Source: a candidate division WOR-3 bacterium (lineage in GTDB: Bacteria > Hydrothermota > UBA3073 > JACQXS01). Taken from it: DNA of 51,860 nucleotides. Each line of letters opens with the position of its first letter. Position 1 is the stretch's first letter. Shown here piece by piece: positions 48,933 through 51,860 of the stretch. Location of the stretch: assembly GCA_023129235.1 (NCBI GenBank), contig JAGMCN010000046.1, forward strand, positions 1 through 51,860. Direction: 5' to 3'. Below the pieces are notes generated by a model, which saw only the letters and a list, made by a program, of their open reading frames with translations, did not search any database and was not told the DNA's origin. A program made the position numbers and the translations under genes.

Positions 48933-51860
48933 ATGTTAGACAGATTTAGAAAATTTATAAGAGAGTGGAAACCAATACATCTCTGTTGGTGGTACCAAAA
49001 GAAGGGAAAGCAAATCCCAAGGTATTTTATTGGACAGTCTAGCTCATCTTCTTCAAGCGGTCCTTGTGGAGGAGCTACTCTTTATGAACATCAGAATACA
49101 GTTTGGAATGAAGTACTATCTAGCATTTGGGGATCTGCTTGGTGCTGTCAGACCTTCACTCCTTCGATAGCTCATACTGTTACTTGTGTAAGATTAGCTC
49201 TTGATAGAATAGGAATCGGTAATTTTACTATCACAGTTAGCATTAAAGCAGTGGATGGAAATCATCATCCGACTGGAGTTGCCTTATGTTCCGGAACTAT
49301 ATCTACAAATAATTTAGGAGACCAATGGGATGAAATTTCAATGGGAGCAGGGGCTAACTTATCTGCTTCTACCGAATATGCAATCGAAGTTAAATGCCCA
49401 GATGCTACTGATGGTAATCAAGCGAGAGGATATGGAGATTCAACAGGAGACTACGCTGGTGGTTATGGCCAGTGGTCAAATGATAGCGGTGATACATGGA
49501 ATGATACAGTTTGGGATTATGCTTTTGAAGAGTATGGTGATACGTCTTCGAGTTCAAGTTCATGTTCATCTTCTTTTTCTTCAAGTTCTTCCAGCTTTAG
49601 TAGTTCTTCTAGCTCAGAATCTAGTCAAAGTAGCAGTTCAAGTTCCGAACAGTGTTTTGATTATACAAAATTTGAAAATCATACGACGCCTGATAATTCT
49701 AACTTTACCATTGGAGGTAATATTCAAATTGCACAAACATTTACACCTTCAATAAGTCATGTAATAAACTGTGTAAATGTAAAGATTGGAACCGAAGGAA
49801 CTCCGGTTGGAAATTTAGATGTTCAGATTCAAGATACTGATGGAGCTGGTAAACCAAATGGGAATGTTTTAGCTTCTGCTTCTATTACTGTAGCTAGTAT
49901 AGTAGCACATGAGTGGCGAGGAATAGTTTTAAATAGCGGAAGTTTTTTATCAGCAGCTTCTAAATATGCATTAGTTTTGAAAGCACCAAATATGCCTGGA
50001 CAAATAGGAGATAGGGTGTTTTGGAAATCAGATAGTACAGAAGGTTATGCTGCAGGTCAAGCCTGTTTTACTAATGATGCAGGAGCCAATTGGGCTCTGG
50101 AATCTAGAGATTGTCTTTTTGAAGAATGGGGAAATCAGAGTTCTTCAAGTTCTTCAAGTTCTAGTTCAATCCTTAGTTGTTCATCTTCTTCATCTTCAGG
50201 AAGTTTTTCAAGCAGTTCATCATCGTCGGCAGTTCCTTGTCCTATTGATTGTGAACTTTGCTATGATTGTTACTTTGTTACAGTTCCCGAGTTCATTTGT
50301 GATTTTAATACATGTGGGGGTCAGGCTATTTTAGAAAGAAGCGGAAATTGTGAATGGGAAGATTTAGACGGAGGCGATCTTGGAAATATGATGGTCTTTC
50401 TATATTGTTCGGAAGGCTTTTGGATTTTAGAAATATGTTGTGACAGTATAATAAACACTTGTATTTATAAAAAGGCTCTAGTAGAAGAAGGGGAATGCCC
50501 CGAAGGTTGGTATGAATTTGATCTGGATGCTTCGAATTGTGGAGCAAATTGTCCAGCAGGTCCATTGCAATTAACAGGTGATGAATGTCCATCCTCTAGT
50601 TCAAGCTGTTCAAGTTTAAGCTACTCAAGCTCCAGTTCATGTAGTTCGTCATATTCATGGAGCTCGACATCTTCAAGTTTTTCTAGCTCTTCGAGTAGTC
50701 TGAGCAGCAGTAGTTCCTGCTCAAGTAGTATTAGTTCTAGCAGTTCTTCATCAGGTTGTATTTCATGTTCTTCATCTTCTTCAGCATCCTGTTGGACTTG
50801 TCCTTCAGTAGGTGCTTGTGAAGCTCAATGTAGCCCATGTTATAGTTTCGACTACCCTTTATCTTGGTGTGATGGAAATTATATTGGTGGAAATATAATT
50901 TTAGATAATCGTTATATAGGTTTTTGTTCTTGGTATGCTTGGGGAAAAGGAACTTATTGGAACACAGATGCAAGTATTATTTGTAATGCGAACTGGTGGA
51001 CTTTAACAGTTTCTCCAAGTATAAATCCAGATGCCAACTGTATTTATAAAAAATGTTGTGATGAAGAAGATGATTGCCCAGATGGAATTTATGCTTTAGA
51101 TCCTTGGCTTTCAACTTGTCCGGAAGGCTGCCCAAGTCAAACTATTGAAGTGAGTGAATCTTCATGTTTTTCCTCAAGCTCGAGTAGTAGTTCTTGTAGT
51201 TCTTCTTCCTATAGCTCGTCCAGCTCTTTTTCTAGCAGTTCTAATTCATCTTGTTCTTCATCTTCATACTCTAGTTCAAGCAGTCTCAGCCTGAGTAGCT
51301 CAAGCTCAATTTCACTTAGTAACAGTTTATCTAGTTCTAGTAGTGTTTCTTTCTCGTCTTCTAGCTCTTCGATAAGTTGTGTTTATGATACTCAACAGGA
51401 TCATTGTATTTTAGATGATAACGATGTGATTTCTATAGCAGGAACAAAATGGCTAGCTCAATCTTTTACACCGTCTGTTTCTTATAGAGTTTGTAGAGTA
51501 AAAGTAAAAGTTGATAAGAATGGAACTCCTCCAGCGGTTACTACTTTCGGAATTCGAAATACGGATGGGAATGGTCATCCTATAGGATCTGATTTATGTT
51601 CAGGAATTTTAGGTCCTGGACATGCAGCAGGCTGGATAGAAATTATTTTAGGCGCAGGCTATAGTCTTTCTCAAGATATAAAATATGCTTTAGTAGCTCG
51701 AGCTCCAAGTACAGATAGCGGTGATTGCTGGCGATGGAGATTTGATAATACAGCCGGAAGTTATACCAGAGGAAATGCACTGGATTCAGATGATTCGGGA
51801 GGAACCTGGGGTGACTTAGCTCAGGGTGATGAAGATTGGATGTTTGATTTATATGGAGAT
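48933..51860 (+). CDS. fibre/adhesin-like protein 2 (3'-partial; absent from the supplied ORF track)
   Basis: I translated ATG 48933 codon by codon to nt 51860: 976 codons with no stop. AGGAG lies 7 nt upstream. The N-terminus MLDRFRKFIREWKPIHLCWWYQKKGKQIPRYFIGQSSSSSSS is paralogous to the fibre 1 N-terminus. It contains three beta modules, Ser linkers and two Cys-rich modules. Confidence 0.85.
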   Translation, partial: MLDRFRKFIREWKPIHLCWWYQKKGKQIPRYFIGQSSSSSSSGPCGGATLYEHQNTVWNEVLSSIWGSAWCCQTFTPSIAHTVTCVRLALDRIGIGNFTITVSIKAVDGNHHPTGVALCSGTISTNNLGDQWDEISMGAGANLSASTEYAIEVKCPDATDGNQARGYGDSTGDYAGGYGQWSNDSGDTWNDTVWDYAFEEYGDTSSSSSSCSSSFSSSSSSFSSSSSSESSQSSSSSSEQCFDYTKFENHTTPDNSNFTIGGNIQIAQTFTPSISHVINCVNVKIGTEGTPVGNLDVQIQDTDGAGKPNGNVLASASITVASIVAHEWRGIVLNSGSFLSAASKYALVLKAPNMPGQIGDRVFWKSDSTEGYAAGQACFTNDAGANWALESRDCLFEEWGNQSSSSSSSSSSILSCSSSSSSGSFSSSSSSSAVPCPIDCELCYDCYFVTVPEFICDFNTCGGQAILERSGNCEWEDLDGGDLGNMMVFLYCSEGFWILEICCDSIINTCIYKKALVEEGECPEGWYEFDLDASNCGANCPAGPLQLTGDECPSSSSSCSSLSYSSSSSCSSSYSWSSTSSSFSSSSSSLSSSSSCSSSISSSSSSSGCISCSSSSSASCWTCPSVGACEAQCSPCYSFDYPLSWCDGNYIGGNIILDNRYIGFCSWYAWGKGTYWNTDASIICNANWWTLTVSPSINPDANCIYKKCCDEEDDCPDGIYALDPWLSTCPEGCPSQTIEVSESSCFSSSSSSSSCSSSSYSSSSSFSSSSNSSCSSSSYSSSSSLSLSSSSSISLSNSLSSSSSVSFSSSSSSISCVYDTQQDHCILDDNDVISIAGTKWLAQSFTPSVSYRVCRVKVKVDKNGTPPAVTTFGIRNTDGNGHPIGSDLCSGILGPGHAAGWIEIILGAGYSLSQDIKYALVARAPSTDSGDCWRWRFDNTAGSYTRGNALDSDDSGGTWGDLAQGDEDWMFDLYGD
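49063..49541 (+). repeat. fibre module copy A2
   Basis: ..AWCCQTFTPSIAHTVTCVRLALDRIGIGNFTITVSIKAVDGNHHPTGVALCSG...WDYAFEEYGD parallels copy A1. Confidence 0.7.
49653..50138 (+). repeat. fibre module copy B-variant
   Basis: CFDYTKFENH...IQIAQTFTPSISHVINCVNVKIG...IQDTDGAGKPNG...CLFEEWGNQ has the same block order as the A and B modules but is more diverged. Confidence 0.6.
50235..50591 (+). repeat. Cys-rich module copy 1 (~119 aa)
   Basis: PCPIDCELCYDC...CDFNTCGG...NCEWED...YCSEGFWILEICCDSIINTCIYKKALVEEGECPEGWYEFD...NCGANCPAGP...DECP. Confidence 0.65.
50790..51167 (+). repeat. Cys-rich module copy 2 (~126 aa)
   Basis: CWTCPSVGACEAQCSPCYSFD...WCDG...FCSWYAWG...IICNANWWTL...ANCIYKKCCDEEDDCPDGIYALD...TCPEGCPSQ...SSC. 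It shares the CIYKK...E..CP.G.Y..D...C..CP backbone with copy 1. Confidence 0.65.
51378..51860 (+). repeat. fibre module copy B2 (runs to the window edge)
   Basis: CVYDTQQDHCILDDNDVISIAGTKWLAQSFTPSVSYRVCRVKVKV...IRNTDGNGHPIG...DLYGD. Positions 51729..51860 are identical to 46591..46722. Confidence 0.8.

Noticed and set aside
45512-50973. Off-frame and antisense ORFs in and around the Ser tracts (45512..45733, 45965..46276, 46529..46756 -, 46688..47095, 47726..47914, 47781..48134 -, 49330..49755, 50047..50334, 50326..50592 -, 50737..50973 -), including the coiled-coil-looking ELELKLEELELE antisense product
   Set aside because: AGY/TCN serine codon strings are automatically stop-free in several frames. 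They give VLLV.. in the +1 frame and ELEL.. on the reverse strand. These ORFs are a compositional by-product. The in-frame fibre reading connects conserved globular modules on both sides.
45685-51860. Diversity-generating retroelement (template/variable repeat) as the explanation for the repeated fibre modules
   Set aside because: No reverse transcriptase is in the window. Differences between the copies are not confined to adenine positions, and the identical block has no mismatches at all. Ordinary paralogy plus recombination fits better.
1-51860. Prophage/integration module, lysogeny genes or an alternative genetic code
   Set aside because: No integrase, repressor or att repeats are visible in the window. 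Long ORFs are intact under the standard code, so TGA or TAG recoding is not needed.

Overview
AT-rich ~52 kb stretch of a tailed dsDNA phage. Every credible gene is on the + strand. Gene order is podovirus/T7-like: portal, scaffold, capsid, internal/tail proteins, lysis, fibres. Both window edges cut genes. The first CDS is open from nt 1, so it is 5'-partial. A 976-codon ORF at 48933..51860 is missing from the supplied track because it has no stop inside the window. Main content: (1) a portal-like protein fused in one frame to an AT-hook linker, an ASCH-like segment and a complete ATP-dependent DNA ligase domain, followed by minimal nucleotidyltransferase, LigD-phosphoesterase-like and ParB-nuclease genes; (2) a 4793-aa ORF with an N-terminal LysM domain and a C-terminal array of ~100-aa tandem repeats; (3) tail and lysis genes carrying a Vsr/DUF559-like endonuclease and a tRNA-like element that abuts the endolysin start codon; (4) an 11.3-kb sugar island (32026..43343). 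It encodes ADP-heptose synthesis (kinase, adenylyltransferase, 6-epimerase), two GT9 heptosyltransferase-like proteins, three GT-A transferases, a radical SAM enzyme, oxidoreductases and two methyltransferases. No lipid-carrier priming transferase, flippase or polymerase is visible; (5) a free-standing LAGLIDADG homing endonuclease with its own promoter and terminators; (6) two paralogous beads-on-a-string fibre proteins whose globular modules are joined by serine tracts, one of them 612 codons long. Main hypothesis, which is inference only: the island is a self-contained phage system that O-heptosylates its own serine-rich fibres, analogous to bacterial autotransporter heptosyltransferases and to serine-rich-repeat adhesins. 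All domain calls come from motif recognition by eye. No database search was run.
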